DNA of 36,371 bases from Aplysia californica (lineage: Eukaryota), in assembly GCF_000002075.1 (NCBI RefSeq), contig NW_004797520.1, positions 445,094-481,464 of the forward strand, read 5' to 3'. Positions within the stretch are counted from its first letter, which is position 1. Every line of letters starts with the position of its first letter. Below the pieces are notes generated by a model, which saw nothing but the letters and a program-made list of their open reading frames with translations, was not told the DNA's origin and searched no databases. The translations under genes and the position numbers were made by a program. Shown here piece by piece: positions 20,294 through 32,760 of the stretch.

Positions 20294-22129
20294 CTGGGAG
20301 GGCAATACTTGAGTGGACTATGTTGCCTTCAAGCAGGAAGGACATGAGGATAGAAAAAGCTTGGCATTAAAATTCTTTCATAAAAATAATGTAATTTCAC
20401 ATTCACAGAGGCACCATATAAATACTTGTCTTTATGCAGATTATAATAATTTACAATTGATGCATTATATCAGTGTCTGAAAGGTCACATTTGGATCACA
20501 TTGAGATTCAAAAGACACTTAAATTATTTTTACAAAAAGGAATGTAAGCCAACTATAGTACTAGATATCTAGATCTAGATCTATATAGTAACAGAGGCAG
20601 AGGAAAGAAAAGTCTTGATTTTTTACTGTCTAGAAAGGACTTGGGAGACTGAGAACAGACTTTAAATATTAAAAGACAGAGGGGTGCTCATTCAAATTGA
20701 TATTGCCACTGCCCTCCTCAGACTAGTCTGACTTGATGATTCAGTTTTAGTTTTGGCATAGATTCTTCTAGATCTGTAGGCCTATTACTATTGATTGGTT
20801 TCGAAGAGCGGCAAAAGCGTTTTATCTATTCTGGCTTGGCTTAGACTAATGTCAGGTAAAGATTTTTATTTTACTTCAGAATATCCACCTATTAACAAGC
20901 AAATATTTATTGAATTCAAAAGCAATCTTTAAAAAATCATGTGGAATCTAGCCTCCTAATCAATAAGATCATCAGTTATGTAAGTTGAACTTGATCTGAT
21001 CATATTCCGAAATATTCGGAAGTATGAATGGGAATCTAGATTCTAGACATTTTACATTTCAAGATCTAAATTAGACAAGGTATTTTTAAGACTAAGAAGA
21101 CCAAATACATACATGGTGGCTTCGTCTGTCTGCACTATGACTATAGCATAGAGACGACAGAGTAGGCTGAAGTGAAAGCAACTTCTTGGCAAGGCTAGCG
21201 GCTAGCGGCTCGACTTGGTCCTTTCACTTTTCAATGTTTACAATTCTGAGTTTACGCCACAGAATTCTGTGGTTTACGCTCAGCCGTACAAATTAAAGTT
21301 CGCTGATTTTGGCTCCAGCTTCTGAATTGACTTCGCAAAAAAGTTTTATTTCGATGGCAAAAATAAGGTATCCAGAGTTCACCTAACTTTAGTCATTCAT
21401 GCCTGTCTAGTTTTTGGTTAATTTTGAAAGAAAAATAAACAAGAAGACCTGCAATGTTAAACTAATAAGGTATAGAATTCTCCTGATGAATAACTATACA
21501 ATTCAATTATTTTTTCTGTTTCGTGAAAAAAGCCTTTAGATTTAGAATCGGGAAATCCCGATAGGGCCAAGCCTACGGTGTAGAGTTGGGCGAACGGTAC
21601 GGTGACGATGAAGAAATTGTACCCCTCCCCATAATAAAGAGGGTTTTTTTCCCCCTCAGTTCTTCCCAATGTGCCAAAGAGTGTGTTGAATTCCCCCTTT
21701 TTTCCACCTTCCAGCTGCCCTTTCTGCCCGTTTCTCTACACTATCATCTGTGCTGAGAATCTGAGAAGTCTCCCAGCTTTCTTCTTTCCAGTCTTCATTC
21801 ATCCCTGTTTCTTCTTTGTTCAGTTGATGGGAAAATGTAAGACTGATTGAACAAAAAAACTCCAAAGAAGTAGACCTTCCCGTGGCCCTGTAGACCAGCC
21901 ATTGTAATTACATTGTATCTGTTCTCCTCTGTAGTGAGAATCCTGAAGTCCAGATCTCCTGTGTATGTTGAATAAAGCATTATTTTCTCTCTCATCATGT
22001 TATTGTTGTTGTAATAATGCTATTATTATTTGAATTTGTTGTTCTTCTTGTTATTGATAACATATGTTGAATAGTCAGGATTAGGATGGGTTATTCTTTT
22101 CCCTTTGGTCATTTGTCAGACCTTCGAAA

Positions 22130-22870
22130 CCTCACAAGGGTGGTTGGCGGGTGCTCTGGTGTGGTTTGCTTCTTCTTTCCTATAAAAAATCTATCGTCTT
22201 TATCTCCCTTCCTTCTTTTCTGTGTTTGTGACTCTCTTTTAACACCTCTAATCTTCAGTACTTATATGACCTTACTGATTTGCAAGGGGCGTAATGCTCT
22301 TACTGAAACTAAAAAATCACAATGACTTAACAGAAAGCTTAATCCTGTTCAATGTCTTATTTGTATTTATTAGACGTAGGCTGCAGGCCTACCTGGTACT
22401 GGTACGTCAAAAAAATGCACAATTTTCCACACTTTGAGGTTTCAGAGAATGCAGAATACATAGTACTGCAAGGGTCAATAAATGGTGTCACTTCACACAG
22501 GAGGGCACGGACAGAGCCTCAGTGGGACCACCTCTCCCTCTTGGAAGAAACTTGAACCATAATTTGTTTTTCAAAAGAGTAGAGGACCAGCGAGTTATTT
22601 CACAAGCTTAACAGTAGGTATCCAACTTACTGCAACTGCTTCAGCATTGTTGCTAAGAGACCATTGTACTGGGGTTTTTTTTAGTAAGAGTTTTACGGCA
22701 CTTGCAACACAATAAGGTCATATAAGTGCCGAAGATTAAAGGTGTTACAAGAGAGTAACAAACATAAAAAAGAAGGAGGAGCGATCAGGACGATAGATGT
22801 TTGATAGGAAAGAAGGAGCAAACCACACCAGAGCACCAGCTAACCACCCACCATTGTCCTGTGGTAGATA
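22130..22870. repeat. Inverted pair of family 1 SINEs (22130-22325 minus orientation; 22678-22870 plus orientation), about 190-bp arms and a ~350-bp spacer
   Basis: The reverse complement of 22678-22870 aligns base-for-base with 22130-22320 over most of its length. Confidence 0.85.
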
Positions 22871-23305
22871 GACTCTATAACTGTTTACTGACATCTTACA
22901 CAAACAAAACAATGAAGACAGCATAATTTTTGTTCTATACTGATATCTTTTTAATAAACTTATTTTTTTTTAAAACTTTCACAAACATTAATCAGTGCAT
23001 AAGAATATGCGGTATACTAAAAAACTAACATGACACGAAATAAAAAGAAGTATCACTAAAATCACAATCGCATAGAATAATCACAGATTAAAATGAAACA
23101 CACCTTTGTGTGTCTACCTGTGTGTCTGCATGCAACATGAATTTTTAAAAACTTTTAAAAAGCTACGTATAACTACGTAAAAAGTAGAACTACGGCTGTT
23201 AGTAATTTATAATGATAGGAGCACACAAAGACGTGAGCGAACACAGACAGCAATCTTGTAACCACTGCAGCCCATTGGTTTTGAAAAAAACTGCTCGACC
23301 ATCTC

Positions 23306-23316
23306 AGTTTGAGCGT

Positions 23317-23359
<43 letters not shown>

Positions 23360-23530
23360 TGTGTACGTATGTGTGTGTGTGTGTGTGTGTGTGTGCACAT
23401 GTGTATGTCTGTGTGCATGTGTGTGTGTACTCATGTTATGGTGCTGTGTGAGTGATGTCCATGAGAGAGAAAGAAAGAGGGAGAAGAATGAGAGAGAGAG
23501 AAAGAAGGAGGGGGGGGGGGGGGGGGGGAA
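23306..23530. repeat. Compound microsatellite (GT)n imperfect (23306-23450), (GA/GAAA)n (23460-23510), G20 (23511-23530)
   Basis: Direct reading of the sequence. Confidence 0.95.
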
Positions 23531-24828
23531 TGGCATTAATAATGTTATTCGTGTATTTCACTATTGATGAAAAGGTGTATAAAAAATTTGTTCACGTAAA
23601 ATTTTCTGAACAGCAAAATGAGCATTCACAACATCGACACGCGCTATATTAACCTTTTCCTGTTCACACGGTTTGCCATCAACAATGGCCGCTCATTTGT
23701 TCAACTCCTCATATTCCTGTATTCTTTTGCACTCAGTTAAAGTGAACGTAAATTCCAACAGTCGATAGATCTACCAGCTTTGACACTTTCCAAATCAGAA
23801 ACGAAAGCAAAGCTACAACTTGATGTCCATGATTTATTTTTAGAAAAGCCACGTCTACACAGTATCAGCATCAGCCCCAAGGGTATTCCTTCTGCTTTCA
23901 ACTGAGTTAACTCCAGAGTACGTATTTTTTAACAGCAAGGTAAAGTGAACACGAAAGGGTTGGCGTGATCAAATAATACTATCATTGTTATTATATATGA
24001 TTATTATTATTATCACAATCTTACATAATACCAATGCTCTACAGTCGTATCACATTTCTGCATTATATTGTGAGCAAAGAAGAGTAAATGATTGTATAAA
24101 GTTATGCTCTATGCCCCCATCACCACAATATAATAGATCATCCTGGACCAGCCCAGACTAAGTAGGATACAATATCCCAGCACAAAGGTGGAGATACTTT
24201 ATAAAACATACGATACTTCCCAAAGTGGGAACTGAGCTCTTGTCTTCTGTAAGCAACAGCGAAGAGTCAAACCATTGCACACCACGGACGTTAATTTAAA
24301 AAAAGAGTGTTTTATCACAGTATTTACATTGACTTAAGGAACACAGTACATGTATTGGTACCAGATAAGAAAATGCTATGATAAGCATAAACTAGTTGCA
24401 CAAGAATAATAACAACTAAATAATGAACCATAGAAGGTGGGGCAGCAACGCAACCTGTGCACAGAGTACTGATCAATAAATAATGCCAAAGTAAACTGCT
24501 AGTAAAATTACTACTTTCAACTAAGATTTCCACAACCCAATATAAAAGCATTGTGAGTTAATAAAAATGAAAGACCCCCTGCCCCATAAAAAAGAAACCA
24601 TCAATACACTCCAGAAAACACTCGAAAGGGCCCAAACAGGTGTTAAACAAAAATTAGAATTATTTTCTTTCAACTCTTATCACCACTCACAAAAGTCTAG
24701 AAGCTGATTAAAACATAGATCAAATGTTATCCTTATCCTTTCTTAGTGTCCCCATGATACCAAAGGCATTAGGACTTTGATGAAAAGTGAGTGACTGGCT
24801 CGAGGTAAGCCTTAAAGTCATGAGTCAG

Positions 24829-24990
24829 TCAGACTTTCCGAGTGGAACAAGTCAAAATAAGTCAGACTTTCTGAGTGGAACAAGTCAAAATAAGTCAGAC
24901 TTTCCGAGTGGAACAAGTCAGAATCAGTCAGACTTTCTGGATGGAATAAGTCAGAATCAGTCAGACTTTCCGCGAGGAACAAGAACAAAA
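24829..24990. repeat. 33-bp tandem repeat x5 (agtcagactttccgagtggaacaagtcaaaata), downstream of PARP3
   Basis: Direct reading. It produces periodic 11-aa pseudo-ORFs on both strands. Confidence 0.9.
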
Positions 24991-25645
24991 CTTGATTTTC
25001 TGACAGAAGGGGAGATTTCCAAAATATTTCACTGCTGAAGTATTTTGATGATCGACAAGACAAAATATAGGTTCTAGGTCATTTGTACTTTGAACAAAGA
25101 CCAAAAGATCCTTCATCAGAACACTAGCTAACAGAAAAAATATTCTCAAGAGGAATAAAATGTTAATATTCTGCATAACATAAACACACAAACAGCTGCC
25201 TGTATTGTCAGAATCTCGCAAATTGTTCAATCGAAGGATGGAAAAAATATATGAGAATATCACACACACTACCTCCAGTACAATGTTAAATGAGAATATA
25301 TAGGGCCAACCTGGGCTGAGAGAGATACAACGTCCCAGCACACAGACAGAGACACACACGATTTCATGTCTTCAGCATACAACGGCGAAGTACCTAGCCA
25401 CAACACCACAGGGGCCAGTGATTACGCAGCGTGGGCCTAAGCAACAACAGACAATGACAAAGAACGATACAATCAGACATTTAAACTTCATCATACAATG
25501 ACAATTAATGATACAGTCAGACATTCAAATTTGAACTTCATCACTCGTGGAAAAAAATGGGAAATGAGCATGGTCATAATCTCATGTTGAGACCAATTTA
25601 ATTACCGGTAGCAAATTCTAACCGAACTAAGGCTATGCTGACAGT

Positions 25646-25815
25646 TCACATGTCAAAGAGCAGCAGGTAACGAATGCGGCACTGATCCTCTCGGTACACT
25701 AGGTACTCCGACTGCCAGAAGCTGCTGGACGAATATTTCGAGACTTTCTGCGGTTTCCCTTGAGGCACCACCACATTTTTCCCATCCAGCTTTATTGTCA
25801 CTTCAGATTTCTCAT
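25646..25815 (-). CDS. PARP3: PARP3 exon 11, terminal coding part; stop at 25646-25648
   Basis: Acceptor ttctcaag|AT. Translation (D)EKSEVTIKLDGKNVVVPQGKPQKVSKYSSSSFWQSEYLVYREDQCRIRYLLLFDM*. The catalytic Glu sits in SEYLVY. Confidence 0.88.
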
Positions 25816-26085
25816 CTTGAGAAAACAAAAACAAAGAAGAAACAATTTTATACATATATTTTAGATGGATTATCTAATAACGATCTAATATCAATATAAG
25901 GTGTATTATCTAATATTATAGACATCATTTCCCACATCTAAAGAGCAAAAGGAAAATAAAAGGCTATAATGTTTAAAAGGGCGCTAAAATTTAAGCATAA
26001 AAGAATCAGAATACTTTTTGCTCCTAAGGAAATTTTGAAGGTTAAAGGAATATACTCATAACAGTTCAGAGAAATACAGTTTAAC

Positions 26086-26088
<3 letters not shown>

Positions 26089-26120
<32 letters not shown>

Positions 26121-26132
26121 AACACACAAATG

Positions 26133-26174
<42 letters not shown>

Positions 26175-26185
26175 TGCATATACAC
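26089..26185. repeat. (CA)n microsatellite, interrupted
   Basis: Direct reading of the sequence. Confidence 0.95.
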
Positions 26186-26430
26186 AAACCCACACACAGC
26201 ATACCACAACAGCATTCATACTGAAACTTCTTGAGGGAAAAAGATGTTTTTAAATATATATATATATATATATATGAAAAAAAACAGGTAGAGAAAGAGT
26301 TAACGGGCACTAAATAATATATCGCGTGGACAATCCTAAATACCAAGAAATATATTCACGAAATCAAACACAAATTTTAAAAATAACAACGCAAGAGTTG
26401 TAAAGTTTCTAAAAACTTTTCTCTTCTTAC

Positions 26431-26574
26431 CCGGTTCCTGCTGGCCACAGGCAAGCACACTGTCATAGCCGCTGGGGGCTTGCACCAAGGACGAGTCGTC
26501 GCGTGTGATCCTGTGCTGACTGCCGAGGGCGACCTCATTCAGGAACATGATCCCTTTGCCTTGTGCCGAACTCA
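26431..26574 (-). CDS. PARP3: PARP3 exon 10, catalytic domain
   Basis: Acceptor gtggcag|TG and donor ACCGG|GTAAGA. Translation (V)SSAQGKGIMFLNEVALGSQHRITRDDSSLVQAPSGYDSVLACGQQEP. Confidence 0.9.
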
Positions 26575-27445
26575 CTGCCACGCAAACAGTCAAACAGACA
26601 GAAGCTTAACAATAATAATAATAATGATGATAATAATATTTTAAAAAATAATATTAATAATAATACTAATGATAATAATAACGATAATAAGAATAATAAA
26701 ATAAGGATAATTTATTTTTACTTTTTCCTTCCTCTGGTATCCTTAGGATGTCGAGGGGAAAATAAGGATAATAATACATGTAATAATACTATAATATGGC
26801 ATTTATATAGTGCTCAACCCTGATTAAAGAAAACAGGCGTCTGAGCCTGTTACAAAACAGCAAAACACAATCAGTTCATTGTGTTCTGGCTAAAAAATCT
26901 CTCTCTGTATATATAATATCTCATTAATCTAAAGACAGAAATGACTTTGGCTGACATTTCTTATTTACTTGCCAGGAAGAAGATTTGACAAATAACTCAA
27001 ATTACTGCACAAGAAATAAACATTTCAAGGAAATATTTCGTAGAAGTTATTGGTTTGTTAAAAGCGTTCCAGAGTTTATGGCACCGGTCAGAACCCCAGA
27101 TTTTTTAGGCAGTGATAGCTGAAGAGAAATTTCAGCGTAATACCAAAGATCATACATAACAAGATAGTTCACTCAGCCAAAAAAGTTTCAGCGGAAGTCC
27201 GCGCATTGGTTCAAATGTCGCTGCTGGCTTTGTTTTGAAGCTCTCCTTCATTTCTCCAGAAGAAGAATAGGAATAGCACAGTTTGCTTGTTTCCCTTTTA
27301 TTGTTTTTCACAGAAGCAGGGTTACTCTTTTCGCAAAGTCCTCTCTTTTTCGAAGAGGACGCCACCGAATTTTGAGGACACTTTTTTAATTGGCCAAAGA
27401 GAGGAGTGAACTATCTTTTTAAACACCATCTTTGGCAATACTCAC

Positions 27446-27623
27446 CATAACCAGCGGACTTGTTATTCTCTGAGGCAAAGTAAATGCCTCGTCCCACTCT
27501 CCCTCCGCTGTGAGGCATGATGCGGAGTCCAGTTTTCAAGATGGCGGTAACCACGGCAACATTGGTCCCATGCCACAACAGCTTCCTGTAGTCGATCTTG
27601 TTGTTGGCCGCGAATCTTGGTCC
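27446..27623 (-). CDS. PARP3: PARP3 exon 9, catalytic domain NAD-binding core
   Basis: Acceptor caaacag|GGACC and donor GTTATG|GTGAGT. Translation GPRFAANNKIDYRKLLWHGTNVAVVTAILKTGLRIMPHSGGRVGRGIYFASENNKSAGY carries the H-G-T and GIYFA signature, PARP3-type HSGGRVG. Confidence 0.92.
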
Positions 27624-28094
27624 CTGTTTGATTTACATCAGGATATAATGACTAGAAGACATCAGACAGAATTTGTTCAACAGTTTTCCAAGTTTTGTAC
27701 TTATATTATAGACATACATTTTAAAATAGGTGACAATAACTGATACTAAAATCTGCTAAAAAGCAATGAACAGTGTTTCATCAATCAAAAACATGGAATA
27801 ATAAAAATAAATATCACTTACTCCCAATGAAACAAAATGAATTCAGAGAAAAAAATTCAATTTCTGTATTGTTTACAGTCTTTGTATTGTTCAAAATAAC
27901 AGAAAGCCCTTGCAATATCCCTCTCACGCACGCTCGGAGAGTGACACTTAATTTTAAAAATTCTCATGGTATTATCATTCATAGCGAATAGACGTCAAGA
28001 CTTTCTCGACAATCTTTGAACAGAGACATGCTGGCTTTCTGGATCAGACCAAAACTGCTAAATTTGTCGACAGGTTCAGTAATGTGTGTTATAA

Positions 28095-28560
28095 AACGGA
28101 AAAACAATTTGTAATAATACTTTCTTCCCACATGGTATCTACCCACATGGTACTTTGTATCTTCCCATATGGTATCTACACACATGGTACTTTGTATCTT
28201 CCCATATGGTATCTACACACATGGTACTTTGTATCTTCCCATATGGTATCTACACACATGGTACTTTGTATCTTCCCATATGGTACTTTGTATCTTCCCA
28301 CATGGTATCTACACACATGGTACTTTGTATCTTCCCATATGGTACTTTGTATCTTCCCACATGGTACTTTGTATCTTCCCATATGGTACTTTGTATCTAC
28401 ACACATGGTACTTTGTATCTACACACATGGTACTTTGTATCTACACACATGGTACTTTGTATCTTCCCACATGGTACTTTGTATCTACACACATGGTACT
28501 TTGTATCTTCCCACATGGTACTTTGTATCTTCCCATATGGTACTTTGTATCTTCCCATAT
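28095..28560. repeat. Composite minisatellite of 15-bp (ggtatctacacacat) and 22-bp (ggtactttgtatcttcccacat) units, ~25 units, in PARP3 intron 8, starting 14 nt from the exon 8 donor
   Basis: Direct reading. It creates 130-250 aa pseudo-ORFs on the plus strand. Confidence 0.95.
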
Positions 28561-28576
28561 GGTAAGGAGTACAAAC

Positions 28577-28666
28577 CTCAGAGGCACGGTCAACTTCCCA
28601 GATTTCTTTAAGTTTCATTTTCCTCCAGCTGGAGCCCTCTGTGGCCAGGAAGTACTTTTCCAAAAG
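28577..28666 (-). CDS. PARP3: PARP3 exon 8
   Basis: Acceptor gtttttcag|CTTTTG and donor CTGAG|GTTTGT. Translation LLEKYFLATEGSSWRKMKLKEIWEVDRASE; phase 0/0. Confidence 0.85.
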
Positions 28667-29079
28667 CTGAAAAACATGAATTTACATCTTTATGATACAA
28701 TAAAAGGAGCAGTAAATATTCACGTAGAACATTATATTTATCATGCGCCACTTCTATCTTCATTATCTATTAGACTGTCCAATGCAACTTGTCTTATTTG
28801 GCTTGACTTGACATGGCTTGCATTTTTCATTCCCCTCAAATGGCAATTGAAATTGCCTCCTGTATTTTGCGCACTTTTATCCTTTTCCCCGACGACCTTC
28901 TTGACTTCTTGACAGCCTTCCATCCCCACCCCCCTCCCCTAATTTTGTCACTTTCGAAAATAATATTCATAGCAAAACCTCAAAAAGGAACTTTGTTTAT
29001 CAATGAAACAATAATTACATTGAGAAATAATCCTATAGAGTCTTCAGAACTTTTTAAACTAAAAAAACAAAAAGCAAAC

Positions 29080-29172
29080 CTTGTATTGTTTTGAAGATTT
29101 ATCCACATGATCCAGAGTACAATTCAGCAATCCATAGTTGGTATCCAAGGGATGGGGGACCGTGTCTTCCTT
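29080..29172 (-). CDS. PARP3: PARP3 exon 7
   Basis: Acceptor ctttacag|AAGGAA and donor ACAAG|GTTTGC. Translation KEDTVPHPLDTNYGLLNCTLDHVDKSSKQYK contains the HPLD motif of the PARP helical domain. Confidence 0.85.
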
Positions 29173-29835
29173 CTGTAAAGCAAGACAGAAAAAAAAGACA
29201 TGTACATGGCAAATTAACACTCGATAGCCCCTCCAATTTTACATTTTCCAGGAAATAAGTTCACCTTCGTTTCCCCTCTAGTATTCTATTCACCCTGTCT
29301 GGAACTGATATAATTGCCTGCACATAAAGAAAATAGTAGAGGAAATGGGAGTATAGGTTTATCTTACAGCTGTGTTTATTGTTATATATGAGGGGCTGAG
29401 ATGCAAAACCCGGTACATCCATTTTAGCACTTTTGAGAAAATCAGCTTTTTATAAATGCTGCTATACGCACAAACATGCGTAAAAAGAGAATTTTTGGAT
29501 GGCTCTTATGAAGTATATGTTGGGTTTTGGCCGAAAACACTTTGTGCATCTGATAGCCGGTAACAATGTGCATTTATAAGCAAAAAATCTTGAAATTTTT
29601 CCAAAATGTCGCTTAGCGGGTTTTGCAACTCACCCCCTCATATTTAATGAACTAGTCTTCCACAGAGCTAGTTACAGACGGCAATAACAGCAGATAGAAT
29701 ATATACTGGCAGTGTCATTGAATACAATTTCAAATTTGTAATTAACAAAACTAAAGCTTCCCCAGGCATAATCCAGAGCGACTATCCTGTTCTCCCTTGC
29801 CCATCACAACAGCAAGCACAAGAGCAGCCACTTAC

Positions 29836-29901
29836 CGACTCCTTCTCTGCTTTCTCCTTGTCTTTCTGAATGCTCTGAGCCATCTCAATGTCTCCAAGGA
29901 C
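29836..29901 (-). CDS. PARP3: PARP3 exon 6
   Basis: Acceptor tatttcccag|GTC and donor GAGTCG|GTAAGT. Translation VLGDIEMAQSIQKDKEKAEKES; 22 codons, phase 0/0. Confidence 0.85.
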
Positions 29902-30193
29902 CTGGGAAATAGAAGGAAACATTAGCAGGTGGCTGAAAGGGTGGCACTGGTAGGTCCTACTTCTTTTCCTCCCCCCTGCAGTTTCTGTCAACCTGTCTTG
30001 TTTTTTCCCCTGCACTAAATGCCTACTGTTGTGTCCATATGCATTTTTACCCAATCTCAAGAACAAATTATGCACAACTTCTAAATGAAGATAAATGCAT
30101 AGTTACAATGGTGGAAAATTTTATTGTGATTATGGGCATGTTTGCCAGACAGACAAGGTAACAGGGGCTTCAGAGTAGGAAAAAGTTACTTAC

Positions 30194-30366
30194 AGCTAAC
30201 ATATCATATTTCTTCTGGACCTCTTCAGCAGTTGAAATGGCTGGCGGCACCCTTCTGCCGAAATCATGAGGGATGGCGGTGTAGAACTTTGAGGAGAGCG
30301 CATTCAGCGAGTTCTTTGGTTTGTTCGAGTTGATAGCTTCTTCTATCTCTTCTAAAGCTTCAAACC
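30194..30366 (-). CDS. PARP3: PARP3 exon 5
   Basis: Acceptor aaatttcag|GG and donor TTAGCT|GTAAGT. Translation (G)FEALEEIEEAINSNKPKNSLNALSSKFYTAIPHDFGRRVPPAISTAEEVQKKYDMLA. Confidence 0.9.
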
Positions 30367-30877
30367 CTGAAATTTAAAAAAAAAGGAAATTAATTCCATC
30401 TTCAAATCTCAATTCCTCAACAGTCTTCTTCAATGTGTAACTCTCTCAAATAAAAGAACTGTACGGTGCCTTGTTCCTGTATTTGTTACACACACAATAA
30501 CAATCATTTACTTTTTCTTTCTCATAAACAAGATTTCCAAAGCTTTTGTACTCATAGGCACCAACATTATTTCTCTGAATTTCTAAAGGAATTTTAACTT
30601 TGAAAAGAGGTCAGTCTACAAATATTAGATAAAATAGTGCCTGTCAACCATCGAATGAATAACAACACTGGGCTAACAGCATACAGTATACGACTCAGAA
30701 TTATCATGTTGAAGTGAAGGAAGGGGAGGGATTGGTTGGGTGGGAGAAATTCACAACTGGGAGTGTATCTACGTGCCAATCAAGTCACAAAGAACGCTGC
30801 AAGGGTATGCCATAAAGTTGACAGAACTGATCAGAAGAAGGCTTACAAGGTCTCAACCCTTCACCTTTTTTTTTTGC

Positions 30878-31270
30878 AGGGGGTTTTACGGCGCTCGCAA
30901 CTGCATAAGGTCATATGAGCGCCAAGGTGTGGGTGTCAACAGAGAAGTCCTTACAGGGAATCAGACTTACTCTGCTCACCTCTCTAGCTTCAACAGCACA
31001 AAGTCTGCTTCGACCATCAAGGCACCCTGGAAAAAGCAGGTCACGAGAGTGACAAACATACAAAAGAAGTAGAGGAAAATGACAATAGCAAGGATTACGA
31101 AAGAAAAAGCAGCAGTTCCCTGTTGCAGATCAGGCACAGTTATGAGCGTGACATGAATCAGCCCATTAACAATTCTATTGTGCTTGAACAAGAAATGTCC
31201 CTCCCTTTGGGAATGGCCTAAAGACACTACAGTCAGTGGCACCGCCCCGGGGGGTGACCGTTCTCCAAAT
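30878..31270 (+). mobile_element. SINE-like element, family 2, in PARP3 intron 4
   Basis: Head gttttacggcgctcgcaactgcataaggtcatatgagcgccaag..; body gacttactctgctcacctctctagcttcaacagcacaaagtctg.ttcga.catcaa. Copies at 11395-11800 (-) and 15205-15425 (partial). Confidence 0.8.
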
Positions 31271-31577
31271 CCACTGCAATAGGTAGCATGTTTTGTAAAC
31301 CTGGATGGTTATGATCACTAAACGGATGTATTTCAGCATGGAATGTGAGACACACAGGTAGACAGGCACCTGTAGTATAATGGTTAGGTCCTTTCGTGTC
31401 GCACACAGAAGGCATGAGTTAAATTCCAGTGTGGGGAGTCCCTCTCAGTCCCTATTGTTCTTGGTAGACACGGTCAAAGCAGCCTACCTTGCATGCGCTA
31501 TTATGTCAAAATTTTGAAAACTTCTGGAATAATTTAAAAAAAGATAGAGAACATGGGAAAGAACACAATCTACTGAC

Positions 31578-31755
31578 CTTTGGCGATCTGAGTCTTGCTG
31601 AGTTTTCCAAGAGGCATCTTCTTGACATCTATGTCAAATTTCTTCAAGGCGTCGCGGAACATGTCATTGTCAAAAATGAGTTTCATTAGCGCCTGAGTTT
31701 CCTTGTTCAGCTTGCTTGGTAAAACTTTCTTAGGGACACCACTGTCGGACGGACC
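31578..31755 (-). CDS. PARP3: PARP3 exon 4, start of helical regulatory domain
   Basis: Acceptor caacag|GGTCCG and donor CAAAG|GTCAGT. Translation GPSDSGVPKKVLPSKLNKETQALMKLIFDNDMFRDALKKFDIDVKKMPLGKLSKTQIAK. The KKMPLGKLSK motif is PARP-typical. The exon ends in phase 1, which matches the next exon. Confidence 0.85.
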
Positions 31756-32565
31756 CTGTTGATTCATAGTATTAAAAGAAAAGTAAAAGAAAATCTAAAA
31801 TACTCAGACGTATTGTACAAAAAAAGAAGAGGCAAGATTTTTCAAGAAATTTGTATAGAGTTGTATTCTAATATGTATGAAAATACAATACTATGTATCT
31901 TTTTTCAAACCGTAAACCTTACTTTGATCTACTTCAAAAAGATTCTATCTTACAGCATTATTGTATTGGAAATTTGCTTAAATTTTAATACCACCAAGAT
32001 TTTTAGGCAAAAGTAAATTCCAACACCCTCATTCACAAAATAAGTTAAGAGTGTCTTTTGTACAAGACTTCATGGTGATAACTTTACAATATTATAGTAG
32101 ATATATATGAAGATACTTGATTTTTTAAAAAAAACAAGAAAAAAAACCCTCTCCACATGAAAATCGAATTCACGTCTTCTGCTTGCAAAGGCGAAGCCAC
32201 GAACTGCTGCACCATAGACTTGCCAGGATAAAGAGAGCACACATCCACAACTCAAATCATCAGAACCATTACCACGTATAATGACATGGCTGCATCTGTT
32301 TGCCTTCATAGTCAAACAGTAGAAAAACTTTTAAAATACTGTGAAACAGTAGAAATATTGAAAAACTACAGTGGAGTCCACTTGATCTGAACACAGTTGA
32401 TCCAAAAACAGGGGTTATCTGAAAGAAAATAAAAATCCCCAATCTATTCCTTCTATTTCAGCAACCTCCCTTACTGAAAGCCTGGCTAAAACGTAGAAAA
32501 CCCGGCAGTCCTGAAGATGTCGGTGTAAGCAGACTCCACTGTATACAGATTTCCGAGAAACTCAC

Positions 32566-32760
32566 CATGTCCACCACGTCTTCACCATCGTCTTCCTCTC
32601 CAGCCATCTCCAGCAGAGTATATTTCTTAGGTTTAGGAGTAAAGTTGTCTCTAGCACTCCATGCATTGCCTGTTTTGTCTCTGAACTTTTTCTCAAAGTC
32701 CTTGATAGCTGGTTCTGGAGAGCTAAATGGACCCTTGAGAGCATTTTGTCCGGTCTCTCC
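32566..32760 (-). CDS. PARP3: PARP3 exon 3, WGR domain C-part
   Basis: Acceptor gaattcag|GGAGAG and donor GACATG|GTGAGT. Translation GETGQNALKGPFSSPEPAIKDFEKKFRDKTGNAWSARDNFTPKPKKYTLLEMAGEEDDGEDVVDM; 65 codons, phase 0/0. Confidence 0.9.

Noticed and set aside
21795-21998. Minus ORF (..MAGLQGHGK) considered as a 5' exon of the Kelch gene
   Set aside because: The only donor-like site leaves phase 0, whereas the downstream exon at 20293 needs phase +2. There is no domain support.
28084-28912. Plus-strand ORFs of 136-247 aa (MVSTHMVLCIFPYG... repeats)
   Set aside because: They are periodic translations of the 15/22-bp minisatellite inside a PARP3 intron and are not coding.
31369-31445. tRNA-like segment (GTAGTATAATGGTTAGG ... 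GAGTTAAATTCCA)
   Set aside because: It has D-arm and T-arm-like motifs, but the central region forms a GTGT-CGC-ACAC hairpin rather than an anticodon arm, and there is no acceptor pairing. It is probably a degenerate SINE or tRNA relic next to a family 2 SINE.
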